Shown here piece by piece: positions 39,798 through 50,267 of a DNA stretch of 64,000 bases. The first letter of the stretch is position 1. Each line of letters opens with the position of its first letter. Source of the DNA: Candidatus Poribacteria bacterium (lineage in GTDB: Bacteria > Poribacteria > WGA-4E > WGA-3G). Position numbers and translations under genes: made by a program. The stretch spans positions 1,525-65,524 of the forward strand of contig JAPOQK010000023.1 in the NCBI GenBank assembly GCA_026710795.1. Direction: 5' to 3'. The notes beneath the pieces were generated by a model. That model saw only the letters and a list, made by a program, of their open reading frames with translations, did not search any database and was not told the DNA's origin.

Positions 39798-40585
39798 TGA
39801 ATACTGTTGGACGCCTTCTGGTTATGGAAAAGAACTGTGCATCGATGAATATGGCACTTGACGAGGCAATATTGATCGCACAGAAGGAACTTCCGACACC
39901 AACTTTGCGTTTTTACGATTGGGAAACTCCCGCATTCAGTTTTGGATATTTTCAGGATATACCCAAGGAAGTTGATGTGGAAGTTTGTAGAAAAGAAGGG
40001 ATTCAATTGGTAAAGCGGATGACAGGTGGAGGAACGGTGGTGCACGGTTGGGATCTCACATATTCTCTGATTCTGCCCCGTCATCCAGGTGAAGTGACTG
40101 TTTCAGAGACATATCAAAGTATCTGTAATTGTCTTGTAAAAGCCTTTATTAATCTTGGAATTACTGCATATTGTTTTGGTTCAAAGACTAATGTCAAACA
40201 ATCAACACAAAATATCTGCCTAACAAATCCCGCTGAACACGATGTGATGTGCAATGATAAAAAATTGGCTGGTGTTTCAGTAAGACGAAACCGTAACGGT
40301 ATCATGTTTCAAGGATATATTTCGTTGGATATGCCTCCTGAAACAATCCTAAAACATGTTTCAAAACACACCGACGTTCAACAGATGTTGCGTGAAAAAA
40401 CATCTGCTGTTAATATAGATGGACGTTTCATAAAAAGAAAAACGCTTATACAAGCAATCACTGAAACATTCGACTTAGAAATTACGTTTAATCCTGATAA
40501 TATTTCTTTATCAGAAATGGATCACGCCGAAAGATTAGTTAATACCAAATATGGTACTGAAGCATGGAACTTTAATTCACAATAA
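39797..40585 (+). CDS. Lipoate-protein ligase / octanoyltransferase family protein (BPL/LPL catalytic domain)
   Basis: …RFYDWETPAFSFGYFQ… and KKLAGVSVRRNRNGIMFQGY (catalytic Lys) match the LplA/LipM family. Confidence 0.7.
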   Translation: MNTVGRLLVMEKNCASMNMALDEAILIAQKELPTPTLRFYDWETPAFSFGYFQDIPKEVDVEVCRKEGIQLVKRMTGGGTVVHGWDLTYSLILPRHPGEVTVSETYQSICNCLVKAFINLGITAYCFGSKTNVKQSTQNICLTNPAEHDVMCNDKKLAGVSVRRNRNGIMFQGYISLDMPPETILKHVSKHTDVQQMLREKTSAVNIDGRFIKRKTLIQAITETFDLEITFNPDNISLSEMDHAERLVNTKYGTEAWNFNSQ

Positions 40586-40637
40586 GTTTATTGAATACTA
40601 AAGAACAGCAATAGTTTTAGTTAATAAGAGGTTACCT

Positions 40638-41486
40638 ATGGACCCGCTATGTTTAGAACACTGTCTGACTGAATCAGAACAACAACAATTTGAAGACAAT
40701 GGATACTTTGTTGTAGAAGATGCAGTTCCACCAGAGATAGTTGAAAAGTTGATAGTCGCATTCGACAGAATCGGTGCTGAACACTTAAACAAAAATGAAC
40801 TTCCTTCGAATGCAAGATTCAACATACTTGATTTCGTGGGGAGAGATGATATCTTCATAGAGATGCTTGATTGGCATACTACTTTTCCTAAAGTTTGGGG
40901 TATTTTGGGTTGGAATATCAAACTCTACCACTCCCACATGATTGCCTTACCCCCGCTTCCACCTAAAGAGCGAGATAAACAGAGACGACTTGGATGGCAC
41001 CAAGATAGTGGCAGACTCAATATCGAATTAGAAGGAAATCCACGTCCACGGGTTTCATTAAAAGTAGCATATTTCTTGACTGATACATCTGTACCAGGTA
41101 GAGGAAATTTCAGCGTGATTCCCGGCAGTCAAAAACACAATAAGGTCAAAATGCCAGACGATGATAAAACTAATCCTGATGGTGCGACACCAGTGTTTGC
41201 TAAACCGGGTACAGCAGTATTTTTTGATCGTAGACTGTGGCATGCAGTAGGTCAGAATACTTCAGACATCACACGTAAGGTGATTTTCTACGGATATAGT
41301 TATCGTTGGCTTCAACCACGTGATAACATGACGGTGGAACATTATCTGGAAAAGGCTGACCCGATTCGCCAACAGATTTTAGGTAAAAGCACTGGAGGAA
41401 TGGGTTATACGTCACCTGGAGATAAAGATGTACCGCTTCGGGCATGGATTCAGGAAAATCTTGGATCAGATGCTGTTGCACGATAG
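40638..41486 (+). CDS. Phytanoyl-CoA dioxygenase (PhyH) family Fe(II)/2-oxoglutarate oxygenase
   Basis: HxD…H pattern (WHQDSG…; …LWHAVGQNTSDITR) characteristic of the PhyH family. Confidence 0.7.
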   Translation: MDPLCLEHCLTESEQQQFEDNGYFVVEDAVPPEIVEKLIVAFDRIGAEHLNKNELPSNARFNILDFVGRDDIFIEMLDWHTTFPKVWGILGWNIKLYHSHMIALPPLPPKERDKQRRLGWHQDSGRLNIELEGNPRPRVSLKVAYFLTDTSVPGRGNFSVIPGSQKHNKVKMPDDDKTNPDGATPVFAKPGTAVFFDRRLWHAVGQNTSDITRKVIFYGYSYRWLQPRDNMTVEHYLEKADPIRQQILGKSTGGMGYTSPGDKDVPLRAWIQENLGSDAVAR

Positions 41487-41535
41487 ATTAAATCAATAAG
41501 CAAGGTTTTTGGGTTTAACCAACCCTATGATTTTT

Positions 41536-42723
41536 CTACCAATCTCCTCGCTTGTCATCCCATAAATGTGCCTTGACAGCCTCCTCATTGAGTTCAGTAC
41601 CCCATCCAGGACGAGTTGGGATCTTCATATAACCATCTACAATTTCTGGCGTATGAGTTGTCAAGTCATCTTTCCAAGGAACATCGTCAATATCGACCTC
41701 CATAATGCGTACATTAGGTAATACTGCACAGAGACTCGCACTGATATATGTAGCAAGATGACTGTAATAGTTGTGTGGAGCGACATTGAATTGGTAGACT
41801 TCAGCCAAATCACCTATCTTCTTAGACTGTGCAAATCCGTTCCAAGGAACATCTACCATAAAGACATCTGCAGCCCGTGTCTCAAAATATGGGATATATT
41901 CACGCATATAGTATAGGTTCTCACCAGTGCAAATCTTAGTAGAAGTAGAATCTTTGATTTGACGAATAGCCTCGTGGTCATACATATCAATCTCTAACCA
42001 TAACAGGTCATACGGTTCCAAGACCTTCGCAATACGCATACACGCTTCCGGTTTGAAGTTAAAATTCAGATCAAGGTTCAGACCGACATTTGGTCCGATG
42101 GCTTCTCTAAATGTGGAAATTAATATTTCAATGTGATTCAGTAATTCTGTCGAAACGTTGCCATCTGTGGAACCAGGTCCTTGACCGAATCCACTAAAAT
42201 AAACAGATGCAGGATCTCCAGGAATAACAATGTTTGTTTTTAAGGCAGAGAAACCTTTATCAACCACTTCACAACCTAATGCTGCTATGTCGTCCATCGA
42301 TCTAAGAGGTGGAACACCTATTAGTTCATAGTAGTTTGCACGAGATGATCCGCAATGTGACCAATAGACTCGTATGTCATTACGTGTTGGACCGCCAAAG
42401 AGTTCAACAACAGATATATCCAGTGCCTTTGCTTTGATGTCAACAAGTGCCAATTCGATACCTGCTATTGCCTTTGCTGCTATACCACCGGGACTCTGCC
42501 TTGAACCACGAATCATATCCCAAAAAAGCATCTCGTAAGCACGTGGGTCACGACCTATTAACAACGGAGTCAAATCTCTTATTGCACCTACAACACCATT
42601 CGGATTCCTACCATCACTGCATTCACCGTACCCAGTAACACCATCGTCAGTTTCAACTTTGACAAAAATCCAAGGTCTCCATCCACCATCTACAATGTAT
42701 GTTTCAATGTTTGTTATCTTCAT
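41536..42723 (-). CDS. Enolase-superfamily dehydratase (D-mannonate/D-galactonate dehydratase-like, MR/MLE family)
   Basis: MKITNIETYIV…WIFVKVETDDGVTGYGE N-terminal capping domain plus TIM-barrel metal ligands. Start at ATG 42723 is preferred over the track's 42792 start, which would overlap the upstream Gfo gene by 56 nt. Confidence 0.7.
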   Translation of the reverse strand: MKITNIETYIVDGGWRPWIFVKVETDDGVTGYGECSDGRNPNGVVGAIRDLTPLLIGRDPRAYEMLFWDMIRGSRQSPGGIAAKAIAGIELALVDIKAKALDISVVELFGGPTRNDIRVYWSHCGSSRANYYELIGVPPLRSMDDIAALGCEVVDKGFSALKTNIVIPGDPASVYFSGFGQGPGSTDGNVSTELLNHIEILISTFREAIGPNVGLNLDLNFNFKPEACMRIAKVLEPYDLLWLEIDMYDHEAIRQIKDSTSTKICTGENLYYMREYIPYFETRAADVFMVDVPWNGFAQSKKIGDLAEVYQFNVAPHNYYSHLATYISASLCAVLPNVRIMEVDIDDVPWKDDLTTHTPEIVDGYMKIPTRPGWGTELNEEAVKAHLWDDKRGDW

Positions 42724-42736
42724 AAGTGCCTTCGGT

Positions 42737-43729
42737 TTAAATGTGAACGATTTCTTCTTGTTGAGCGGATTCAAGCAAGGCATCACATACACGCATCGTG
42801 TTGACTGCTACATCTGACCATTGCGATTCAAGATTGTTCGACTGCACTATAGAGGAAAATCTCTCAATCATATTAACCTCCTGGATACAAGTACCTGTCT
42901 CGTGTTTGGTATTTTCCGCACCGTGTATCCAAAAACGCGCAGATTCTACGGAGTTTGGAATAGTGAAATCATCACAGACGAGGGACGCATGAGTGCCAGC
43001 TACTTCAAACCACTTTCTGTGACCAGTATCAAATCCACAGTCTAAAGTTGCAATACGCTCATCTTCAAACCAGAGTATTCCTGACAAGTTAAAGTCAACA
43101 CCGACCTTGTACCGGGCAGTGGCATAAACCTGCTTTGGCATCTCTTCAAATGCCCACAGAATCGCACGAACGCAATAGTAGCCAAGGTCACCGAGACATC
43201 CACCCGCTAATTCTGGGTTCACACGTATATTATTGGTAGGAATATTTTCCCAATTGAATGTGAATGCTGCAGTTACTCTACGTAGTTCTCCTAAATCAGT
43301 TAATTTCTGCTTCATCATGTTGGTACGTTCATGATGAACCCACATCACACCGTCCATAAGTTGAACACCGTTTTGACGGCATGCATCTGCCATAAGGGTC
43401 GCTTCTTCTGAATTAGCAGAAAGCGGTTTTTCACATAGCACATGTTTTCCTTGTTCTGCCGCCTGAATAGTCCATTGTGCATGCATTGAAGGAGGAAGTG
43501 GAATATAAATTGCATCTAAAGAGGAATCGGATAACAATTCATCATAACTACCATAAGCGGTTTGGATGTTGTGTTTTTGTGCCCATGCGGTTGCCCGTTC
43601 TTCGTTACGACTGGCAATCGCAACCAATTTGGCATTATGTGCCAGACCTATTGCGCGGGCAATTTTATTTGCTATATTCGCTGTACTGAGAATTCCCCAA
43701 TGCACTGACTGGTTTGAATCTTTTTTCAT
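42737..43729 (-). CDS. Gfo/Idh/MocA-family NAD(P)-dependent oxidoreductase
   Basis: N-terminal Rossmann (VHWGILSTANIANK…), EKP motif (VLCEKPLS). Confidence 0.8.
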   Translation of the reverse strand: MKKDSNQSVHWGILSTANIANKIARAIGLAHNAKLVAIASRNEERATAWAQKHNIQTAYGSYDELLSDSSLDAIYIPLPPSMHAQWTIQAAEQGKHVLCEKPLSANSEEATLMADACRQNGVQLMDGVMWVHHERTNMMKQKLTDLGELRRVTAAFTFNWENIPTNNIRVNPELAGGCLGDLGYYCVRAILWAFEEMPKQVYATARYKVGVDFNLSGILWFEDERIATLDCGFDTGHRKWFEVAGTHASLVCDDFTIPNSVESARFWIHGAENTKHETGTCIQEVNMIERFSSIVQSNNLESQWSDVAVNTMRVCDALLESAQQEEIVHI

Positions 43730-43921
43730 ATAACCCCATTCAAAATTTTAATATAAAGCATGAGTTTACACTCTTACTATACAGGATTATCTAAAATGGG
43801 TCAAGGTATGTGAATCATAGTCTGATAATATTACATCTTGACATGCGTTATTTAATTGATATAATTGTATGTTGTGGTATAACATAATTGATACATTTAT
43901 CTGAACAAATTTACCTGCACA

Positions 43922-45112
43922 ATGTGTGCACATTATAGGAGTCTTATGAACACTTTTAGAAGAAGTATTTTTATGTTGGCATTGGTAATAACTGTAGTGT
44001 TAGTGTTCGTATCTGGTTGCGAAAGAGTAAAACAAGTACTTGATACAGACTCTTCAACCGACGAAGTATCTGATGAAAAAATATTAATTGGAGTTGTTAT
44101 ACCTCAATCAGGTAGACTCGAACCAGCATTTGGTGTGCATATAGAAAATGCATTGAAGTTGGCACGTGATGAGATTAATGAAACACTACTTGCGGGGTTG
44201 CAACTAGAGTTTATAATTGAGGATAGCAATAGCACACCTGAAGGTGCAGTTTCAGCATTTAATAAGCTAATCAATGAAGACAATGTTAAAGTTGTCATTG
44301 GTCCTGCGACTTCATCAGCATCAAAACAGATTTTTCCAATTGCTCATGATGAACAGGTTGTAACAATCAGTCCGACTTCGGCTGCGCGTGGACTTAGTGC
44401 AATTAGTGATTATGCATTTAGAATTGCACTGACTACTGAATTGCTGGTTCCAGATGGAATAGCAACGACACATCCGATACTTAACTATCAAGAGGTTGCT
44501 ACCTTATATGATGAAGCAGATGTATTTTCCACCGATGCGGATACTGCATTACAGGAAGCGTTTAAAACTAAGAATATAAAAGTTTTGATTACAGAGACGT
44601 TCAGGGGTGGTGATGATGACTTTACGGACCAGTTAACACGAATACAAGTGTTGGAACCAGATGCTATATTTGTCTCATCTTTACCACCAGAAAAGTCTGG
44701 AATCCTTAGCAAAGCCCATGAACTCGGTATATCTGTTCCAATATTTATACGCACCTTAACCGATGCAGATGTTGAAGCAACGGGTAAGGCAGCACAAGGA
44801 GCTATCACTTTTGTCGGTTGGGGTTCTGCACTTGAAACTCCGGGTAATCAAGACTTTGTCAATACTTATAAAGCTACCTATGGAATAAAACCTAACAACT
44901 ATGCTGCCCGTTCGTATGCAACGCTTTATATTCTGGCAAAAGCAATTGCAAATGCCGATTCAACTAATCCAGATGATATACGCGACGCACTTACTAACAT
45001 CAAGGATTATGATACTATATTAGGAAAATTCTCATTTGATGAAAATGGTGATGCAGTATATGATACAAAAGTCCTGATTGTTAAAGAAGGTAAATTAGTG
45101 CTTTTTGAGTAA
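43922..45112 (+). CDS. ABC transporter substrate-binding lipoprotein (type-I periplasmic binding fold, branched-chain amino acid type)
   Basis: Lipoprotein signal (…VFVSGC), Peripla_BP_6-like pattern (…KVVIGPATSSAS…). True start may be the internal MNTFRR. Confidence 0.7.
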   Translation: MCAHYRSLMNTFRRSIFMLALVITVVLVFVSGCERVKQVLDTDSSTDEVSDEKILIGVVIPQSGRLEPAFGVHIENALKLARDEINETLLAGLQLEFIIEDSNSTPEGAVSAFNKLINEDNVKVVIGPATSSASKQIFPIAHDEQVVTISPTSAARGLSAISDYAFRIALTTELLVPDGIATTHPILNYQEVATLYDEADVFSTDADTALQEAFKTKNIKVLITETFRGGDDDFTDQLTRIQVLEPDAIFVSSLPPEKSGILSKAHELGISVPIFIRTLTDADVEATGKAAQGAITFVGWGSALETPGNQDFVNTYKATYGIKPNNYAARSYATLYILAKAIANADSTNPDDIRDALTNIKDYDTILGKFSFDENGDAVYDTKVLIVKEGKLVLFE

Positions 45113-45143
45113 TCTACGATAAGATAGTGTGAATTCCGTAGGA

Positions 45144-46268
45144 CTACAGAAACCTTTCTAATCGATAAGGTTCAAACCAGTCTATACACACATCGTCCAT
45201 AATCTCCATAGTAGACATTTCACCTACCAACGGTGCTAAGGTTACACCACTATGCATTACTGCTACATACATATTGGGTACGGACTTTGTAAAACCTATT
45301 ATTGGAAATCCATCGAGTGGCATTGGACGGTAACCAACAGGTGTAGTAATAGCATTGGCATCACCTATTGCTGGTAGATATGTTTTGGCTCGTGATAATA
45401 ACGCGTCAGCGTATTCCTGTGAATCGTCATTGTTAATACCTTCCTGTGTTCCCTGCCCAATTCTTAGACTGCCATCGGATATTTGTCTGAGATGTATGTG
45501 TTGATAGCCTACATCTTTGGGAGGTGCATGGATAACTGCGGCATTCGTTAGAATAGTATCACATGGAGTTGTCTTGATAACAATACCCGGACTTAGTTGT
45601 TGCGGTATATGAATATTTACCAAAGAAGCAAGTTCTGTAATGTGAATACCATTTGCCAATACGACAACATCACACGGAAATTCGGTGTTCTCTGTCTTCA
45701 CTGAGACAATTCTATTATTCTGTATTCCAAAATCTATGACTTTGGATTCTGTATGTAATTCTGTTCCAAATGCTTGTGCAGAATTAAGACATGCAGATAT
45801 AAATTTGTCAGTTTCTACATGGATATCAGCATTTGAATAGGATGCGGATTCTACATTTCCTGGATTTAACCTTGGTTCTAATTCTAACATCTCATCGTGG
45901 GAAATGAGTTGACATGGATAACCCCAAGTTTGTAGCTGCTTTATTCGTCGTTGTAATTGTGATGCGCGTTCCTTCGTATTCTCCCATCGCATTTCACCCC
46001 CATAGTGAATGCCAATATCAGCATCAAGATGATGTTCCATCCTATACCACATATCCAATGAACGTCGATTAAGTGTATGGTAATCACGCGGATCTTTTCC
46101 AAATGCATTTACCCAAGCAAAAGAATGTCCAGAAGCACCAGATCCTGCAGTTTCGCGCTCAAGAATAGTTATATTGCTTTGGGAACGCTGGGAAAGGAAA
46201 TAAGCTATTGATGCTCCTATTATACCTGCACCAATTATGACTATCTGTGTTGATTTAGATGATGACAT
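45144..46268 (-). CDS. FAD-dependent oxidoreductase (DAO family; sarcosine/D-amino-acid oxidase-like)
   Basis: N-terminal IVIIGAGIIGASIAYFLS dinucleotide-binding motif. 374 aa. Confidence 0.75.
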   Translation of the reverse strand: MSSSKSTQIVIIGAGIIGASIAYFLSQRSQSNITILERETAGSGASGHSFAWVNAFGKDPRDYHTLNRRSLDMWYRMEHHLDADIGIHYGGEMRWENTKERASQLQRRIKQLQTWGYPCQLISHDEMLELEPRLNPGNVESASYSNADIHVETDKFISACLNSAQAFGTELHTESKVIDFGIQNNRIVSVKTENTEFPCDVVVLANGIHITELASLVNIHIPQQLSPGIVIKTTPCDTILTNAAVIHAPPKDVGYQHIHLRQISDGSLRIGQGTQEGINNDDSQEYADALLSRAKTYLPAIGDANAITTPVGYRPMPLDGFPIIGFTKSVPNMYVAVMHSGVTLAPLVGEMSTMEIMDDVCIDWFEPYRLERFL

Positions 46269-46361
46269 ACGACTATTACATTCAATCTAAGGAGATAAGT
46301 AGATATAGTATTTTGGATGATTTCGACTTAGGTGGGTAAAATTGTCAATAAGTGATAACTA

Positions 46362-46988
46362 TCATCTGTGCGCAACAACAATAAAACCTGTTAGACCAGT
46401 GAGAAGAATTTGAAAACCTGTTTGATAAAATAGAATAAAGAATGGTTGGCAAAGAAACAATAATCCCAGACCTATTAATCCAATAGAAATCCGTTCACAC
46501 AGAACTTTCTGTGTGTTGACAATGGTAAAAACAATGATTCCCGGCAGAAGTAGGTAAAGCGATATACCACTAAGTGAAGGTACAACTGTTTGATATAAGA
46601 ATACTATACCTAACAGGATGCATATTGTTGATGCAAATGTCGCGATACGGGTTGATGTTGTAGTCATCCCAAATGCAATTGAACTTGCAAACAATAGGTG
46701 AAATGCCGATCCTTGAAGAATAGTAGGTACAGGAAAAAACAAAAAACTATACCCTATTCCTATACCGAGTAAAGAAATAATAACGATTCGCTGCTTATTG
46801 TTATAAACTAAACTTGCATGTATCGCTGCGATACTCAGTATTACAAATGAAATTCCTCTAAGTAAGACATCAATTTTTGTTATTAATTTTGGTAATGATG
46901 TGATGTTTTTGAGTTCTAAATAGAGAAAAAGGATACCAATAAATAACAATCCGATTGAAATGAGGTGTCTACTTCTTTGTTGTGTCAT
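46362..46988 (-). CDS. Hypothetical polytopic membrane protein
   Basis: 208 aa, ~6 hydrophobic helices. No recognisable motif. Confidence 0.4.
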   Translation of the reverse strand: MTQQRSRHLISIGLLFIGILFLYLELKNITSLPKLITKIDVLLRGISFVILSIAAIHASLVYNNKQRIVIISLLGIGIGYSFLFFPVPTILQGSAFHLLFASSIAFGMTTTSTRIATFASTICILLGIVFLYQTVVPSLSGISLYLLLPGIIVFTIVNTQKVLCERISIGLIGLGLLFLCQPFFILFYQTGFQILLTGLTGFIVVAHR

Positions 46989-47024
46989 TGCATATTAATT
47001 CAACATTTGGTAATGAAAATTGGT

Positions 47025-47456
47025 TTAATCACCTGTCTTGAATAATCTGTCTTTCCAAGATTTTGGCTTTTCCTCCTGTAAATTATTGATTTGAATTCGT
47101 AAGTCAGCTCTTTCTTCTTGAAGGACTCTAATATCCTCACGAAGTTTAGCAATTTCTGTTTCCAATTTTTCATTATTTTCACGAAGATATGCAATATGTA
47201 CAACTTGACAAATCAAGTTTTCAATAATCTCATCTGTTGGAATATTGAAACTTAACTGTGTGATTAGTGGTGCTAACCCATCAATGCGCATTTGGAAAGT
47301 GGCTTTTGGTTTCTCCCCCTCTATTTCTGAAGGTGAAGAAACAACACGCAGAAATGGTTCTATCTCAGGATATTTGCGGTCCAAAGTCTGTTTAATTATT
47401 TCTTCATCAACACCAATTACTTCCGAGATATCAGAAGGACTCAGATATAGATCCAT
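47025..47456 (-). CDS. Hypothetical coiled-coil protein
   Basis: 143 aa with C-terminal heptad-rich segment (…EKLETEIAKLREDIRVLQEERADLRIQINNLQEE…). The overlapping ORF 47000..47203 is judged spurious. Confidence 0.35.
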   Translation of the reverse strand: MDLYLSPSDISEVIGVDEEIIKQTLDRKYPEIEPFLRVVSSPSEIEGEKPKATFQMRIDGLAPLITQLSFNIPTDEIIENLICQVVHIAYLRENNEKLETEIAKLREDIRVLQEERADLRIQINNLQEEKPKSWKDRLFKTGD

Positions 47457-47521
47457 TATTGTTTCCTAACCATGTTGTATATTCTATATAGTAAATATAT
47501 AGAATAAATACCAGATACTAA

Positions 47522-48154
47522 CTAATTGTCCAGTACTGTTTTAGATTGAATTGATTCAGTTTTTAAGATGTTTATCATATGTCGTGAATAACTAACAAAT
47601 GATATGACTACAAAAACTATAGCTACATATAGACAAAAATATTCTATCTTATTTGGTAAATGTATATCCATTGAACGCATTAGAAAGAGTATACAGGCAA
47701 TGGAAAGTGAAAAACTTGTGCATTTACCCCACCAATTTGAACGTGTTATCATTTTTGCCTTATATGCAAGGTACACATTACCTAATACGATTGCAATATC
47801 TCGAGAAACAACAATTATGAATGCTAATAACGGAAATTTTGTTTGCGACAAAACGAGTGCAAATATTCCTGCACCAATAGCGAATTTGTCTGCAATTGGG
47901 TCAAGAATAAAACCCAGTTCTGAGTGTTGTTTTAGTAATCGCGCAAAAAACCCATCCAATAGATCTGAAATAATTGCGACTCCACCAACAACAACAGCGA
48001 GTGGATAATTTTCCTTATAAATGAACCAAAACAAGATAGGAACTATCAACAACCTAAACAAAGAGAGAAGATTGCTTACATACAAAAAGTCTCTACCGGA
48101 TATGTTAATAGTTCGTGTATCAGTAAATCGGTTTTTTGTAGACCTGAGTGCCAT
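47522..48154 (-). CDS. CDP-alcohol phosphatidyltransferase family protein (PgsA-like)
   Basis: D-x2-DG-x2-AR…G-x3-D-x3-D motif: SDLLDGFFARLLKQHSELGFILDPIADK. Confidence 0.75.
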   Translation of the reverse strand: MALRSTKNRFTDTRTINISGRDFLYVSNLLSLFRLLIVPILFWFIYKENYPLAVVVGGVAIISDLLDGFFARLLKQHSELGFILDPIADKFAIGAGIFALVLSQTKFPLLAFIIVVSRDIAIVLGNVYLAYKAKMITRSNWWGKCTSFSLSIACILFLMRSMDIHLPNKIEYFCLYVAIVFVVISFVSYSRHMINILKTESIQSKTVLDN

Positions 48155-48226
48155 GAATCTCTTTCACCCGTTTGTGTCATGTGCACCTATGTATCAATGT
48201 TTAATCACGTATCCTATTGAATGAGA

Positions 48227-48943
48227 TTAATTATTTCTCGCTGCTAATTGGAAAGCTATCTGTCGGTTAAAGTCTTTTAATATTTCAATCTCACGTTTTA
48301 GGAGTTCATCAAAAGAAATAATTTCCAATAGTTCCTGTTTTTCATTATTTGGAATACGTAACCTTGATCCGATTTGAAATGCTAATTGTTGTGGATGTTC
48401 TGGATTTTCTTCAGGTGGCTGCCAACCAAACCTTAAAAAACTTGATAAGGATTCGTATTCAATGTATAGTTGACGCGTTTCAGAAGCAATTTTCTCAAGT
48501 TTTTTGTCTGCTTCCATATCATAAGCATCTAAAATGCGTACCCTTCCAACCAAATATGGGAGTTCGTTGTCTACCTCCAGTATTTCAAAACGTGAATGTC
48601 CTGATGTTACGATATTCATGCGCCCATCAGGAAAACGGTCTACCTCTACTAAATCAACAACAGTACCAATTTTGCACGGTTTTGCTGCTTCACCTGACTC
48701 TTCACCATCCTTTATCATGACAATTCCAAAGGAGGATTCATGCCTAATACAATACTTTACCATTTCGCGGTAACGCTGTTCGAAGATGTGTAAAGGTAGC
48801 ATACCACCAGGAAAAAGAACAACATTTAAAGGAAAAAGAGGTAGATTTTGTTCATCAATAGAATCTGGGTCGGTATGCATGTTAGCTCCTATGTTTGTCT
48901 TGATGATATTGTAGTATGATTCATATACGAAATATTTATACAA
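48227..48943 (-). CDS. LON N-terminal substrate-binding domain protein
   Basis: LPLFPLNVVLFPGGMLPLHIFEQRYREMV is the Lon-N signature. No protease or AAA domain. True start may be the internal MHTDPD. Confidence 0.65.
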   Translation of the reverse strand: MYKYFVYESYYNIIKTNIGANMHTDPDSIDEQNLPLFPLNVVLFPGGMLPLHIFEQRYREMVKYCIRHESSFGIVMIKDGEESGEAAKPCKIGTVVDLVEVDRFPDGRMNIVTSGHSRFEILEVDNELPYLVGRVRILDAYDMEADKKLEKIASETRQLYIEYESLSSFLRFGWQPPEENPEHPQQLAFQIGSRLRIPNNEKQELLEIISFDELLKREIEILKDFNRQIAFQLAARNN

Positions 48944-49133
48944 GAAATCAAAAGTATTGCATTGTATTCAGTTTTATTTTTACATATAAATTTACATTTT
49001 GTCAAGTCTAAATTGATGAATATCAATATAATTACAATTGATTATTTGAATGGAGAGTGATAAAATAAAGTGTTTTATACTCAATTTCTATGTAAAGCAA
49101 TTCTGAGATATTACTGGAGATACCAACATTAAC

Positions 49134-50267
49134 ATGAGCAAAATTTCAAATGTAGAAATATACCCCACTGCTATTGCAATGAAAGATGTATTTACTATTG
49201 GAACAGGATTTGTAGGAGATTCAGATTCAGCGGGAGATCACATATTTGTCAAAATCACAACTGATGATGGTTATTCTGGTTGGGGGGAACAACGCGCACT
49301 ACCCACATGGAGTTATGAAACAACAGAGTCAATTTCATCAACGATTCGTTTCCATATTGCCCCTTTACTCTTAGGAAAAAACCCGCTGAACCTAAACGAA
49401 ATTCGTAGTTTGATAGATCATGCCTTAAAACCTGCAGTGAGTAACGGACATCCATTTGCAAAAGCTGCGGTTGACATTGCCTTGTATGATTTGTGTGGGA
49501 AAATTTTAAATGTTCCGATCCATTCAATTTTTGGTGGTAAACAACATAATGAGATACCCTTGAGTTATGCGTTGAGTATTGATACACCAGAAATTATGGC
49601 ACTAAAGGCAAAAGCATTATTTCCCTGTTCCTGTTACAAAGTAAAAGTTGCTGGTAATCCAATCGAAGACGAAGATCGAATATTGGCTATACATGAAGCT
49701 GTTCCTCAAGCAAAACTCTGGATTGATGCCAATCAATCTTACACACCCTCCAATGCATTAGAATTGTTAAAACGCGTGAAAGACATACGCGAAATCTATT
49801 GTATAGAACAACCGGTATCAAGTCAAGACTGGTTTGGTATGAAACGTGTACGAGAGTCAGCTGCGATTCCTATTGCCATTGATGAAGGTTGTTTCTCATA
49901 TTATGATCTCGGTAAAATTGCCCGACTTGAATGTGCAGATGCTGTTGTATTGAAGATCTGTAAATCGGGTGGTCTGTTAGATTGTCTCAAAAGTGTTTAT
50001 GTTGCTGAAGCGAATGCACTGGAACTTCTCGGTAGCGGGTTAACAGAAGCAGGTGTTGGTTTCATTGCAAGTGTTCATTTATTTTCAACAATCGACTTAG
50101 TTCTTCCTGCTGAGCTGAACGCTCCTGTGTTTTTAGATGCTTTAGCAATTGATGGAGCAGAAATCGTTGACCATGTGGTAACTGTACCTGATGGTCCTGG
50201 ACTTGGTATTTCTGTCAATGAAGATTACATTAAAGAGCATCCGCTGACATCCAATTCTTTGAAATAA
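49134..50267 (+). CDS. Enolase-superfamily dipeptide epimerase (L-Ala-D/L-Glu epimerase-like, MR/MLE family)
   Basis: KVKVAG…, WIDANQSY, metal-binding D/E/D positions and the catalytic Lys pattern of the MLE subgroup. Confidence 0.7.
   Translation: MSKISNVEIYPTAIAMKDVFTIGTGFVGDSDSAGDHIFVKITTDDGYSGWGEQRALPTWSYETTESISSTIRFHIAPLLLGKNPLNLNEIRSLIDHALKPAVSNGHPFAKAAVDIALYDLCGKILNVPIHSIFGGKQHNEIPLSYALSIDTPEIMALKAKALFPCSCYKVKVAGNPIEDEDRILAIHEAVPQAKLWIDANQSYTPSNALELLKRVKDIREIYCIEQPVSSQDWFGMKRVRESAAIPIAIDEGCFSYYDLGKIARLECADAVVLKICKSGGLLDCLKSVYVAEANALELLGSGLTEAGVGFIASVHLFSTIDLVLPAELNAPVFLDALAIDGAEIVDHVVTVPDGPGLGISVNEDYIKEHPLTSNSLK

Noticed and set aside
42724-42792. 23-aa N-terminal extension of the enolase-superfamily gene
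   Set aside because: It would overlap the upstream Gfo/Idh/MocA gene by 56 nt. The homologous N-terminus (MKITNIETYIV) begins at the internal Met.
47000-47203. 67-aa ORF overlapping the 3' part of the coiled-coil protein gene
   Set aside because: Out-of-frame overlap with a longer ORF, and lysine-rich low-complexity translation.
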